Shown here: positions 7,658 to 17,573 of the stretch, piece after piece
Numbering within the stretch: position 1 is the first letter of the stretch
How the letters are laid out: each line of letters starts with the position of its first letter
From: an uncultured archaeon
GTDB lineage: Archaea > Hadarchaeota > Hadarchaeia > Hadarchaeales > Hadarchaeaceae
Length of the DNA stretch: 57,798 nucleotides
Assembly (NCBI GenBank): GCA_937921735.1
Contig: CAKZTQ010000045.1
Coordinates: forward strand, 1 to 57,798
Direction of reading: 5' to 3'
Position numbers and translations under genes: made by a program
The notes under the pieces: model-generated
The model's database searches: none
What the model was told of the DNA's origin: nothing
The model's input: the letters and a program-made list of their open reading frames with translations, nothing else

Positions 7658-9556
7658 GTGGGGCTAGACTATAAGAAATTGGGTCTAAAGATCGGTTTTG
7701 AAATCCATCAGGAGCTTGATACCCATAAGCTATTTTGTAATTGCCCCGCTACCCTGCGGGAAGAAGAGCCCCCAATAAAAATAAGGCGACGACTGCGCCC
7801 GGCGCAGAGTGAGCTTGGTGAAGTGGATCGGGCCGCGTTGGCGGAGGCAATCAAGGGCAAGGGATTCAATTATCATGTTTATCCGGACACCATTTGCCTC
7901 GTTGAGACGGACGAGGAACCACCTCACCCCATTAACGAAGAGGCGTTAAATATCGCGTTGGAAATCGCCTTGCTCCTGAACGCAAAGCCCGTAGACGAGG
8001 CCCACGTGATGCGTAAGGTCGTCATCGATGGCAGCAACACATGTGGCTTCCAGCGGACGATCCTCATCGCGACTGATGGCTACATTGAGATAGATGGGAA
8101 GAAAGTGCGGATCCCTACCGTTTGCTTAGAGGAAGATGCTGCCAGAAAGGTGCGAGAAGACGTAAGCTTCGTCGACTATCGTTTGGATAGGTTGGGCATC
8201 CCGCTTGTCGAGATCGCGACCGGGCCCGAATTTTCCGATCCCCATACGCCTGCAAAGGCGGCCCTCTACATCGGGCAGATCTTGCGCGCGACCGGCAAGG
8301 TCAAGCGGGGCATCGGTACGATAAGACAAGACATAAATATATCCGTCTCCGGCGGCGCGCGACAGGAAATAAAAGGAGTGCAGGAATTAGCTTTAATATC
8401 CAAGGTCATAGAGAACGAGGTCCAAAGGCAGGTCGCCCTCCTTGAAATCCGTGACGAGCTGAAGAGGCGAGGGGCAACAACTGTTGAGAAGAAGTTCATC
8501 GACGTTACCAACGTATTCTCTCACACGAAATCCCGGGTGATACAAAAAGCCATCGAGGCAGGAGGTGTGGTGCTGGCTGTCAAGCTATCGAAGTTCGCTG
8601 GCTTAGTAGGCAAAGAAGTACAGCCAAGCAGAAGGTTTGGGGCCGAGCTAGCGGACCACGCCAAAACATACGGAGGGGTTGGAGGGATCTTTCACACGGA
8701 TGAGCTACCCGCCCACGGCATATCGATCGAGGAACTCGAGAGGCTACGAGAGGTCATGGGGGCCTCGCCCATCGACGCTGTAATCTTCGTCGCAGATATC
8801 AAGGATAAGGCAGAAGCGGCGTTAAGCGCCGTAGTGGATAGAGCCAATCAGGCTTTGATCGGCGTTCCGGAGGAGACCCGCAGGGCTTTACCGGACGGCA
8901 CCACCGAATTCATGCGTCCTTTACCCGGCGCTGGTCGAATGTATCCCGAGACGGATATCGCCCCGATCCCTATCACGGAGGACAGGATAAAAACGATAAA
9001 GAGCTCGCTACCTGAACTTCCCGAATCCAAGAAAAAAAGATTCATCGATGAATATCGATTGAGCGAAAGCTTGGCCGAACGAATCGTCCTCTCTGAAAAC
9101 GTCGACTTGTTCGAAGCGCTTATTAGAAAGTATAGGGTCGAACCCGCGCTAGTTGCTTCCACGCTTGAAGAGACAATTGTCAACTTAAGAAGGGAGGGGG
9201 TACAAACCGTGAACATTACTCCGTCAGCGCTGGAGGAGGTCTTCGAGAGGATCTCTAAGGGTGCGCTTGCCAAGGAGGCGATTCCCGATGTTTTGAGGCT
9301 GGTCGCAAGCGGCATCAGCGTTTCTTCCGCCATTAAGCAGCTCGGTTTAGAGCGGATATCCAAAGCCGAGCTCATCGCGTTAATTTCGGAAACAGTTCGA
9401 TCGAACTTGAACTTGGTCAAGGAGCGAGGTGAGGCGGCGATAAAGCCGCTAATGGGCATTATCATGAGTAAGGTGCGAGGAAAGGTTAACGGAAAGCTTG
9501 TGTATGAGCTATTGGAGCGTGAGCTAAGGAGAGCCTCTAAAGTGCAAACTCCATAA
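7658..9556 (+). CDS. gatE: Glutamyl-tRNA(Gln) amidotransferase subunit E
   Basis: Motifs DYKKLGLKIGFEIHQEL, IDGSNTCGFQRT, KRGIGTIRQD and RPLPGAGRMYPETD. Start set at GTG 7658. Confidence 0.96.
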   Translation: MGLDYKKLGLKIGFEIHQELDTHKLFCNCPATLREEEPPIKIRRRLRPAQSELGEVDRAALAEAIKGKGFNYHVYPDTICLVETDEEPPHPINEEALNIALEIALLLNAKPVDEAHVMRKVVIDGSNTCGFQRTILIATDGYIEIDGKKVRIPTVCLEEDAARKVREDVSFVDYRLDRLGIPLVEIATGPEFSDPHTPAKAALYIGQILRATGKVKRGIGTIRQDINISVSGGARQEIKGVQELALISKVIENEVQRQVALLEIRDELKRRGATTVEKKFIDVTNVFSHTKSRVIQKAIEAGGVVLAVKLSKFAGLVGKEVQPSRRFGAELADHAKTYGGVGGIFHTDELPAHGISIEELERLREVMGASPIDAVIFVADIKDKAEAALSAVVDRANQALIGVPEETRRALPDGTTEFMRPLPGAGRMYPETDIAPIPITEDRIKTIKSSLPELPESKKKRFIDEYRLSESLAERIVLSENVDLFEALIRKYRVEPALVASTLEETIVNLRREGVQTVNITPSALEEVFERISKGALAKEAIPDVLRLVASGISVSSAIKQLGLERISKAELIALISETVRSNLNLVKERGEAAIKPLMGIIMSKVRGKVNGKLVYELLERELRRASKVQTP

Positions 9557-9605
9557 TTACGTCGAAGCTTAAAAGCCCTCGGAGCGATATCCTTGCTAGG
9601 TTAAT

Positions 9606-11414
9606 ATGTGTGGTATAATCGGATACATCGGTAAAAGACAAGCGGCAGCGATCCTATTGGATGGGTTGAAACGTTTGGAATATCGGGGTTATGATTCTGC
9701 TGGTATAGCTACAATCTCGGATAAGCTCCACATGAAGAAGGATAAGGGCAAGATAGAGGAGATCGATCGCAGGTTGAATTTCGCAGACATGCCCGGAACT
9801 ATAGGCATAGGGCATACAAGGTGGGCAACGCATGGCGAACCCTCTCAAAAAAATGCACATCCGCATATTGATAATGCTGGCAAGATAGCAGTCGTACACA
9901 ACGGAATAATCGAAAATTACGAACATTTACGCCATTTTTTGCGCAGCAATGGTTACAGTTTTTATTCAGACACCGACACGGAAGTCGTTCCGAACTTAAT
10001 CAACTACTTTATGCGGCAGGGCCACGATTTTGAGGAGGCCGTAAGGTCAACCGTTAGTCGTCTAAAGGGTAGCTATGCGTTGGGCATCGTAAGTCTCGAC
10101 GAGCCAGATAAACTGATTGCGGTTAGAAAGGAAAGCCCCTTGATCATTGGCCTCGGGGTTGACGAGATGTTCATAGCATCGGACGTCCCAGCCGTGCTTC
10201 CGTATACGAAGCGCGTTATTGTGATGGAAGATGGGGAGATGGCGATCGTGACCTCCGTTAAAGCCATCATCAAGCGCGTGGATTCGGGGGAGATCGTCGA
10301 GAGAAAACCATTAGAGATAACTTGGACCATCGAAATGGCAGAGAAACGTGGTTATCCCCATTTCATGTTGAAGGAGATTCATGAGCAACCTGACGCCGTG
10401 CGGGAAACCCTACGCGCCGCACAAAAAGAGCTCGATGGGTTATGCGACATGCTGCTGAACGCAAAGCGTATTTACCTTGTCGCATGCGGTACTGCTTATC
10501 ATGCCGCTCTCATCGGCAAGTATGCGCTAGCGCAGCTAGCTGGTATGTCAACAGAAGTCGTGATTTCATCGGAGTTTCAGGAAAGCTGCATGGCGGATGA
10601 AGGCACAGTGCTCTTGGCGATTAGCCAGTCAGGCGAAACCGCGGACACCCTCAAAGCAGTTAGGGTTGCTAAAGCGAATGGGGCAAAAATAGCATGCCTG
10701 ACCAACGTCGTGGGTAGCTCGATTACTCGAGAGAGCGACTTAGTCTGCCATACGTACGCAGGTCCTGAAATAGGCGTCGCGGCCACGAAGACATTTTCGG
10801 CCCAAGTTGCATACCTTTTATCGCTCGCCATCCGCTTAGCTGAGAAACGAAGCCTAAAATCTAAAAAGGAGCTCAACGAGTTAGCCATACAACTCCACAA
10901 AATTCCGGAGACGATATTGGACACCCTGCAAATAGTCGAACCCAAAGTTAAGGACATCGCGAGACGACATAAGGACGCGACTAATTTTTTCTTCATAGGC
11001 CGAGGAATAGGCTACCCGATTGCAATGGAGGGAGCGCTGAAGCTGAAGGAGATCGCTTACATCCACTCTGAGGCTACCCCAGCCGGCGAGCTTAAGCATG
11101 GGCCATTAGCGCTCATCCAGCGAGGCGTGCCCGTCGTGGCTGTAGTGGTACCCGGCGCTTCCTATAGCCGAATGCTCAGCAATGTGGAAGAGGTGGGGGC
11201 AAGGGGTGGAGAGGTAATAGCGCTGGCGGTTGAAGGCGATGTCGAAGTCGGGAAGCACGTGACCGAGCTCATCCAAATACCTAAAACTCATGAACTATTT
11301 ACGCCGCTGACCTACATTTTACCCCTCCAACTATTAGCCTATTTTATCAGCGTCGAGAGGGGTCTAGATCCAGATCGCCCGAGACATCTGGCTAAGTCTG
11401 TTACGGTTGAGTAA
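9606..11414 (+). CDS. glmS: Glutamine--fructose-6-phosphate aminotransferase
   Basis: Motifs MCGIIG, LEYRGYDSAG, GHTRWATHG, SQSGETADT and LAKSVTVE. Confidence 0.98.
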   Translation: MCGIIGYIGKRQAAAILLDGLKRLEYRGYDSAGIATISDKLHMKKDKGKIEEIDRRLNFADMPGTIGIGHTRWATHGEPSQKNAHPHIDNAGKIAVVHNGIIENYEHLRHFLRSNGYSFYSDTDTEVVPNLINYFMRQGHDFEEAVRSTVSRLKGSYALGIVSLDEPDKLIAVRKESPLIIGLGVDEMFIASDVPAVLPYTKRVIVMEDGEMAIVTSVKAIIKRVDSGEIVERKPLEITWTIEMAEKRGYPHFMLKEIHEQPDAVRETLRAAQKELDGLCDMLLNAKRIYLVACGTAYHAALIGKYALAQLAGMSTEVVISSEFQESCMADEGTVLLAISQSGETADTLKAVRVAKANGAKIACLTNVVGSSITRESDLVCHTYAGPEIGVAATKTFSAQVAYLLSLAIRLAEKRSLKSKKELNELAIQLHKIPETILDTLQIVEPKVKDIARRHKDATNFFFIGRGIGYPIAMEGALKLKEIAYIHSEATPAGELKHGPLALIQRGVPVVAVVVPGASYSRMLSNVEEVGARGGEVIALAVEGDVEVGKHVTELIQIPKTHELFTPLTYILPLQLLAYFISVERGLDPDRPRHLAKSVTVE

Positions 11415-11427
11415 TTTCCGGTTTTAC

Positions 11428-11745
11428 TTATTTGATCAATTCATATTTGAAAAGTTCATCTCTGAACGCTAACAGCACCTCCCTTATGCCGTCCTCATTT
11501 GGAGCATGGACCTCAATGTACCCCGAAGGGAAAAACAGCAGATATGCGCCCCGCCTAAGCTCGAACTTGGCGACGGTCTTGCCAGCCGTCTTCGCTTTTT
11601 TGACCTTAGGGACGCGCTTCAAGAGCTCTTCGATATTTACCTTGGAGCGCAATGTCGTCGTTGCACGAACCGCTTTGACTCTAGGTATTTCAAATACGTT
11701 GTACAGCCGAGGCATATATATGAGGTGTGCCTTTTCTTCGTCCAC
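11428..11745 (-). CDS. Hypothetical protein, probable single TBP-fold domain
   Basis: VKAVRATTTLRSKVNIEEL...YLLFFPSGYIEVHAPNEDGIREVL follows one TBP repeat (NIVASxxLxxxLDLEKI...LLIFxSGKxVxTGAKSEE). Confidence 0.6.
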   Translation of the reverse strand: MDEEKAHLIYMPRLYNVFEIPRVKAVRATTTLRSKVNIEELLKRVPKVKKAKTAGKTVAKFELRRGAYLLFFPSGYIEVHAPNEDGIREVLLAFRDELFKYELIK

Positions 11746-11765
11746 GGCTATCCCAAGTCAACTTT

Positions 11766-11972
11766 TTAAATCCTCTTCGCCGCAAGGCGGATGTCGACAT
11801 CTCGAACTGTTCTGCGACCTGCGTGTTCAGCTAACTTGGCTGCTTCACTAGCTATTATCAAGGCACGCTCCTCCAACACATCAGCTAGGGCGATGGCCGC
11901 ACTCTCGCTGACGCGTTTGGCACCTGACTTTCTGATGATACGATCCACGGCGGCTATCGGTAACTCAGGCAT
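11766..11972 (-). CDS. Archaeal histone (HMfA/HMfB family)
   Basis: MPELPIAAVDRIIRKSGAKRVS...AEHAGRRTVRDVDI, with a GGAGG SD. Confidence 0.97.
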   Translation of the reverse strand: MPELPIAAVDRIIRKSGAKRVSESAAIALADVLEERALIIASEAAKLAEHAGRRTVRDVDIRLAAKRI

Positions 11973-12207
11973 TTAATCGCCTCCTTTTACCTCTAACCTC
12001 CTCCCTTTTTTTGTTTTGAGGGTAGATATTTAAATTTTACTAAAAAAACGTCTAAAAACGCTATTTTAATATGAAAGTTGCAGTTTTTAGCATTTTATTT
12101 TTTCAAGCATGTTTTAAAAAACTCCGTTGTGATTTTTTTGTTCAATGCTTTCGTTTTTCAACAGAAGAGTTATAAAGGGAGCTTGCGCAAATTGCAAAGG
12201 TGCGATA

Positions 12208-13221
12208 TTGCCGTGCGTTATCGTTGCTGGCGGGCAATTTGGCGATGAGGGGAAGGGCAAGGTCGTAGCGTATTTGTCGCTGCACGATAAACCGAAGTTG
12301 GTGGCGAGAGCGGGCGTCGGGCCAAACGCGGGGCATTCGGTGGTTTTCGGAGGGAAAAAATTTGGCCTGCGCCAGGTCCCATGCGGATTTGTATACGAAG
12401 GCGCTCGACTACTGGTGGGCCCTGGAGTTCTCGTCAACCCTGAGGTCCTACTGAAGGAAGTCGATGAAACTGGCGTACGCGGCAGGTTCGGTGTGGATCA
12501 AAAATGCGCGATAATAGAGGCAAAGCACATCGAGGAGGATCAAAAATCCGAGTACCTTCGGGAAAAAGTAGGCTCGACGGGCACCGGTTGTGGCCCAGCC
12601 AATGTTGCCAGGGTAAACCGCATCGCAAAGTTAGCGAAAGAGATCCCGGCGCTTCAGCCTTTCCTAACGGACGTGCCCCTAGAGGTGAACGATGCTCTTA
12701 GCAAAGAAGAGCTCGTCTTGATCGAGGGTTCGCAGGGATTCGGTCTATCCTTGATACACGGCACCTATCCCTACGTAACCAGTAAAGATACCTCCGCCAG
12801 CACGTTGGCCGCCGATGTGGGCGTAGGTCCGACGAAAGTGGACGAGGTCATGTTGGTTTTCAAGGCATATGTTAGTCGCGTGGGGGGAGGACCCCTCGTC
12901 ACTGAAATTCCTCCAGAAAAAGCGGAGGAGATGGGCATCGTCGAATACGGTACCGTCACGGGAAGGCGGAGGCGAATCGGAGACTTCGACTTTGAGCTCG
13001 CTAAACGAGCGGTCATGGTAAATGGCGCTACGCAGGTCGTGATAACGTGCATAGATCGACTTTTCAAGGGTTGCTTCGGCGCGCGCAGTCTGGCGCAGCT
13101 CACGTCTGATGCTAGAGCCTTCATCCAACGGGTAGAGGACGAACTCGGGGTTCCCGTGACGCTGATCTCGACCGGCGAAAGGATAGAAGACATGATAGAT
13201 TTGCGTGACGAAAAGCTCTAA
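12208..13221 (+). CDS. purA: Adenylosuccinate synthetase (short archaeal form)
   Basis: Motifs [30 protein letters not shown] and [11 protein letters not shown]. Start set at TTG 12208. Confidence 0.97.
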   Translation: MPCVIVAGGQFGDEGKGKVVAYLSLHDKPKLVARAGVGPNAGHSVVFGGKKFGLRQVPCGFVYEGARLLVGPGVLVNPEVLLKEVDETGVRGRFGVDQKCAIIEAKHIEEDQKSEYLREKVGSTGTGCGPANVARVNRIAKLAKEIPALQPFLTDVPLEVNDALSKEELVLIEGSQGFGLSLIHGTYPYVTSKDTSASTLAADVGVGPTKVDEVMLVFKAYVSRVGGGPLVTEIPPEKAEEMGIVEYGTVTGRRRRIGDFDFELAKRAVMVNGATQVVITCIDRLFKGCFGARSLAQLTSDARAFIQRVEDELGVPVTLISTGERIEDMIDLRDEKL

Positions 13222-13234
13222 GGGCTCGACCCAG

Positions 13235-13777
13235 ATGAAGAGGCTTATAATCGCAGTTAGCGGTACCCCCGGCACCGGCAAGTCGAAGGTTGCTCGCGTG
13301 CTGGCTAGAAGGTTAAATGCTCATTTGATAGATTTGAACGAACTTATCCGCGAGAAGAAAATCTATACGCGTGATGCGGATGGCACTTTAGTCGCGGACG
13401 AGCGAAAGATGCGCGCTGAGTTCGCCCGCGTCATGAAAAAAACTGAGGGACATATTGTGGTGGAAGGATTATTGGCTCATCTCCTACAGACGAAATACCT
13501 AACACATGTGATCGTCCTCCGTACTCATCCTAAGGTGTTGGAGCGAAGGCTTAGGGCGCGTAAGTACTTCGGGGCAAAATTGCGCGACAACATCGAGGCC
13601 GAGGCACTAAGCATAGTTCTCTGGGAGGCCGTCCAAGCGCACGGCGTGGATAAGGTATACGAGATCGATACGACAAAACTTGGGCCGCGAGCAGCAGCTA
13701 AGCTTTTCACCGATGCATTATCTGGTAAGGTCTCGCTCCGACCTGGAAAGATAGATTGGCTCGAGGAAGTTTTTTAA
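13235..13777 (+). CDS. Adenylate kinase AK6/Fap7 family
   Basis: Motifs SGTPGTGKS, VEGLLAH, LERRLRAR and DNIEAE. Confidence 0.9.
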   Translation: MKRLIIAVSGTPGTGKSKVARVLARRLNAHLIDLNELIREKKIYTRDADGTLVADERKMRAEFARVMKKTEGHIVVEGLLAHLLQTKYLTHVIVLRTHPKVLERRLRARKYFGAKLRDNIEAEALSIVLWEAVQAHGVDKVYEIDTTKLGPRAAAKLFTDALSGKVSLRPGKIDWLEEVF

Positions 13778-13810
13778 GACGACGATCACATTTATTAAAA
13801 AGGGGTAGAA

Positions 13811-14686
13811 ATGGGCTCCGGCGGAAGGACGGTTCTGCTGATGGGTGCGCTTACGGTCCTCTTATTGATAATTGGTTATATCGTAGGTTTACTCACAGGT
13901 GTTTCTATAACTTATGCGGTGAGCGCAGCGTTTATCGTTGCCATGATAGTGAACCTCTTCAGCTATTGGTACGCCGACAAATGGGTGCTCAGGCTCTATA
14001 GGGCAAAAGTCGTGGACGAGCACGAAGAACCAGAACTTCACGCGATGGTCGAGCGGTTGGCGGCGAGCGCTAGGCTGCCGAAGCCCAAGGTAGCGATTGT
14101 GCCCAGCGATGTCCCAAACGCTTTTGCAACGGGTAGAAATCCGTCTAACGCGGTGGTCGCGGTGACGACGGGGGCGATGAAGGTGCTCAACAAGGAAGAG
14201 CTGGAGGGGGTCCTTGGGCACGAGATCGCTCACATAAAGAACCGCGACATGCTGGTGAGTACGATGGCGGCGATGATCGCTGGCGCGATCGCTTGGCTAG
14301 CGCTAATAGGTCGATTTGGGATCCTCGCCGGTGGCAGGAGGGATAGGGGCAACACCGGATCGGCGATCTTGGCGCTTCTGGCGCTGATTTTGGTGCCCAT
14401 CGCAGCGACCTTGATAAGGCTATCCGTCTCGAGAACGCGGGAATATGGGGCGGACGAGGAGGGTGCTAGGATATCTCGAAAGCCCCTCGCATTGGCAAGC
14501 GCGCTCAGGACCTTAGAATCGGTGGTGAGGCAGAGGCCCATGAAGGAGGGCAACCCATCTACTTCCCACATGTTCATAGTTAATCCCTTCCGCGGCGATA
14601 GTATTGTAGAGCTGTTCTCGACCCACCCACTAACAGAGAAAAGGATCCAAAGGCTCGAGGAAATGGCTCGGACGGGGCATTTTTAA
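13811..14686 (+). CDS. htpX: Zinc metalloprotease HtpX (M48)
   Basis: Motifs PNAFATGR, HEIAH, SRTREYGAD and LFSTHP. Confidence 0.96.
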   Translation: MGSGGRTVLLMGALTVLLLIIGYIVGLLTGVSITYAVSAAFIVAMIVNLFSYWYADKWVLRLYRAKVVDEHEEPELHAMVERLAASARLPKPKVAIVPSDVPNAFATGRNPSNAVVAVTTGAMKVLNKEELEGVLGHEIAHIKNRDMLVSTMAAMIAGAIAWLALIGRFGILAGGRRDRGNTGSAILALLALILVPIAATLIRLSVSRTREYGADEEGARISRKPLALASALRTLESVVRQRPMKEGNPSTSHMFIVNPFRGDSIVELFSTHPLTEKRIQRLEEMARTGHF

Positions 14687-14693
14687 AGCTTTT

Positions 14694-14867
14694 TTAAAAT
14701 CCTAGCAAGGCTTTTCCATAAAATCGCAAAAATATCTCAAAAATGATCACAGCTATGGTGAAGGCAAGCACACTTTTAGGCGATATCTTGATCCCGCGCG
14801 TTTCCTCTCTAAAATAACGGATAAGGCCAGCCCCCGTAGGGGGCATCGTTTCTTCACGCCTGCGCAT
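14694..14867 (-). CDS. secG: Preprotein translocase subunit Sec61beta/SecG (absent from the ORF track, 57 aa)
   Basis: Manual translation MRRREETMPPTGAGLIRYFREETRGIKISPKSVLAFTIAVIIFEIFLRFYGKALLGF shows the AGLIRYF...IKIxP motif plus one TM helix. Confidence 0.93.
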   Translation of the reverse strand: MRRREETMPPTGAGLIRYFREETRGIKISPKSVLAFTIAVIIFEIFLRFYGKALLGF

Positions 14868-14900
14868 GTGAATACCGCCCCAATTTTGTCGGCAATTGGT

Positions 14901-15428
14901 TTAAATTTTTGTCTTACTCCCCAACCTAGACATGATCTCCCGTTGAAGGGCGATGATCTCGGAGCTATCTCTCGCGCATGCGTATTTCTCCAATAATTCC
15001 CGATTTAGCTCGAGGAAGGTTTGTCCCCACTTGAAGATTTTAAGTAAATCGTTTGCTTGTTCGGGTTCGCCGAGAATGAACAAAGCAGCGGCAAGCGCTT
15101 CCACGGTGCTCAGTATCGTGGGTCGCCCATAGTACGTTGGGTTTGCGGCGACTAAGTAGGGCAAGCTTCGAGGCAACATCCTCTTTCTCGCGTGGATGAT
15201 CTGTTCGATCCGCTTCCAAGAACAGTCCAGAGCTGCCAGTCCCCGTGCTCTAGCTGTGTCTGCATCCTCCTTTGAGAGAGCTTTTTCCGCCAACGGATCG
15301 AGTAAAATCGCCCCGGCGGGAAGATCCCGAAATCGGTAAACCATTTTGACTTTGCCAGCACGCTGAAGGCGGATTGCCGTACACCTCTTCGGATCACATT
15401 CTCTCGCATCGTATACGAAGAGCCGCAT
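14901..15428 (-). CDS. tsr3: rRNA aminocarboxypropyltransferase Tsr3 (DUF367)
   Basis: Motifs ECDPKRCTA, LDCSW, RSLPYLVAANPTYYG and FKWGQTFLELN. Confidence 0.95.
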   Translation of the reverse strand: MRLFVYDARECDPKRCTAIRLQRAGKVKMVYRFRDLPAGAILLDPLAEKALSKEDADTARARGLAALDCSWKRIEQIIHARKRMLPRSLPYLVAANPTYYGRPTILSTVEALAAALFILGEPEQANDLLKIFKWGQTFLELNRELLEKYACARDSSEIIALQREIMSRLGSKTKI

Positions 15429-15475
15429 ATTCCCAGCCGTACTTGATAGAGATTTAAGCAATCACGCAGTAATAA

Positions 15476-16609
15476 ATGGGCTTGATGCACAAACAAACTC
15501 TCTCCAACGTAACTATTCTTGAGGGCAATGATTTAGAAATCACGCATGGCTATTTGGTGATCCACCGAGGGGTAATCGAAAAAATTTGCAGCGGCATGCC
15601 TCCAGGGCGTGCTACAGACCTGAAGCGCGGATTTATCTTGCCTCCATTTGTTAACGCTCATACCCACATCGCGGACGCGGTTAGCAAGGAGCTTTACTTG
15701 GGCAAAACACAACACGAAGTAGTTGGACCTGGTGGCCTGAAATTTCGCGCTTTGAATTCCGCACGAAAAAGCGATATCATTACCGCGATGCGCTCAGCAA
15801 TAAAGGACATGCTACAAACCGGAACCATGGCCCACTTCGATTTTAGAGAAGGAGGCGTGAAAGGCGTAAAACTTCTACGCATGGCATCTAAGAAATATCC
15901 GGTTACTTCGATCGCTCTTGGCCGTCCATCCACGATAGAAGAGCTGGAGGATGTCCTCAAGGTGGCGGATGGGATAGGGTTACCATCCATGGACGCGTTT
16001 GAGCAGAAAGTGTTAAGGGAGATCGCCGATCGGGCTTTGAGGGCAAATAAACTTTTTGCTGTCCACGTCGCGGAGGAGCGAAAGGTTTCGCCTCACGCCA
16101 CGAGCGATGAGATACGCCTTGCATTGAGGTTAAGGCCCTCCTTCTTGGTGCACGCTACTTGGGCTACGGGGCGTGATTTTAAAACCATCCGCCGTGCGGG
16201 GGTACCGGTGGTTTTTTGTCCTAGAGCGAATAGTTTGTTTGGCGTGGGCGTTCCGCCCTTGCATATCGCGCTGGCGTTGAACGTCGAATTTTGTCTGGGT
16301 ACGGACAACGTTACTGCCTGTCAACCGAATATGTTCGAGGAACTTGCCTTCGCTTGGGCATGTCTACGTCGCGCCAACAATGAAGTTGGTGGGGAAGAAG
16401 CTAGGAGGTTGCTCAAGGCGGCGACGCTGGCTCCGCTTTCCATATTTAAACTTCCTTGGGGCGCCATCAAAGAGGGTAGTCCAGCTACATTTATTATTTT
16501 GGCTAGGAAGGACAACCTCGTCAACTTGACCGATGTCTACGCTGGTCTGATTAATCGCGCGCGAGCGGATAACATAAAGGCCATTTGCGTTGATGGCAAA
16601 ATTTTATAA
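15476..16609 (+). CDS. Metal-dependent amidohydrolase (deaminase-like)
   Basis: Motifs VNAHTHIAD, HVAE, LVHAT, CPRAN and LGTDN. Confidence 0.85.
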   Translation: MGLMHKQTLSNVTILEGNDLEITHGYLVIHRGVIEKICSGMPPGRATDLKRGFILPPFVNAHTHIADAVSKELYLGKTQHEVVGPGGLKFRALNSARKSDIITAMRSAIKDMLQTGTMAHFDFREGGVKGVKLLRMASKKYPVTSIALGRPSTIEELEDVLKVADGIGLPSMDAFEQKVLREIADRALRANKLFAVHVAEERKVSPHATSDEIRLALRLRPSFLVHATWATGRDFKTIRRAGVPVVFCPRANSLFGVGVPPLHIALALNVEFCLGTDNVTACQPNMFEELAFAWACLRRANNEVGGEEARRLLKAATLAPLSIFKLPWGAIKEGSPATFIILARKDNLVNLTDVYAGLINRARADNIKAICVDGKIL

Positions 16610-16683
16610 GTCCATCGCGCAAAAGAAAAATCGAATTCTTTGGGAATTGACGCGGCGTAGGATGAAGAAGGCAGGGGAAAAGC

Positions 16684-17520
16684 ATGCAGGTAAGGGACGT
16701 GATGACCAAAGAGGTCAAGTGGGTGGAGGTACCAGGAACCAGAGCGGAAGCTCTAGAGCTGCTCAGGAAATTAGGCGCAAGCGCCGTGCCCGTGGTGAAA
16801 CAGGGCACCGATGAACTAGTTGGCATGGTCACGCTGCGAAAGCTATTCGAACACCCGGATGAGGAACAGCTCGCTATGCTTGTAGACCGCGATGTCCCCA
16901 CCGTTGCCCCAGACGATCCACTCGAGGAGGCCGCGAAACGCCTTTTGACTTCGCACACGAGAAGATTGCCGGTGTTGAAGGACGGCAAACTCGTGGGGAT
17001 AATCACAGTCAGGGATATCGTCTACCGCGCCATCGCTACGATGAACATAGAGAAACCGGCCTCTGATTACATGCGCCCTCATGTCATCGCCGTGTGGGAT
17101 GGCACACCCTTAAAGGCGGCGATAGAGATAATGGCGCTTTCGGGATTCCGGGTTTTGCCGGTAATCGATGAAAACGGGAACTTGGTGGGCATGATCGGCG
17201 ATGCGGACATAGTGAAGATAAGCGATATCGAAACCGAGTCGAAGATGAGTCAGATGGCGGGTCGCACAGAGGGCGATAGCTGGACTTGGGACAGCGAGAA
17301 CCGGATTTACATCACCAAGAGAAAGCTTAAGATTCCCGATAAGCTCGTGCGCGACGTGATGACAAAGGAATTGATCACCATAAGTCGACGGACAACGGTA
17401 AGCAGGTGCGCCGAGTTGATGAAACAACATAAGATTGAACAGACGCCGGTGATTTCCGCGGAAGGCGCATTGCTAGGGATAGTGCGCGATGTTGACCTAC
17501 TCCAGGCGCTGATCACATAG
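16684..17520 (+). CDS. CBS-domain protein (4 CBS repeats)
   Basis: Repeated VRDVMTK, LPVL...LVGIIT and LLGIVRDVDLL units. Confidence 0.92.
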   Translation: MQVRDVMTKEVKWVEVPGTRAEALELLRKLGASAVPVVKQGTDELVGMVTLRKLFEHPDEEQLAMLVDRDVPTVAPDDPLEEAAKRLLTSHTRRLPVLKDGKLVGIITVRDIVYRAIATMNIEKPASDYMRPHVIAVWDGTPLKAAIEIMALSGFRVLPVIDENGNLVGMIGDADIVKISDIETESKMSQMAGRTEGDSWTWDSENRIYITKRKLKIPDKLVRDVMTKELITISRRTTVSRCAELMKQHKIEQTPVISAEGALLGIVRDVDLLQALIT

Positions 17521-17573
17521 CCGTTCAGGAATGTTTTTAGTCTTGAAATCGTTCAAGGAATTGCGGTGGGCCA

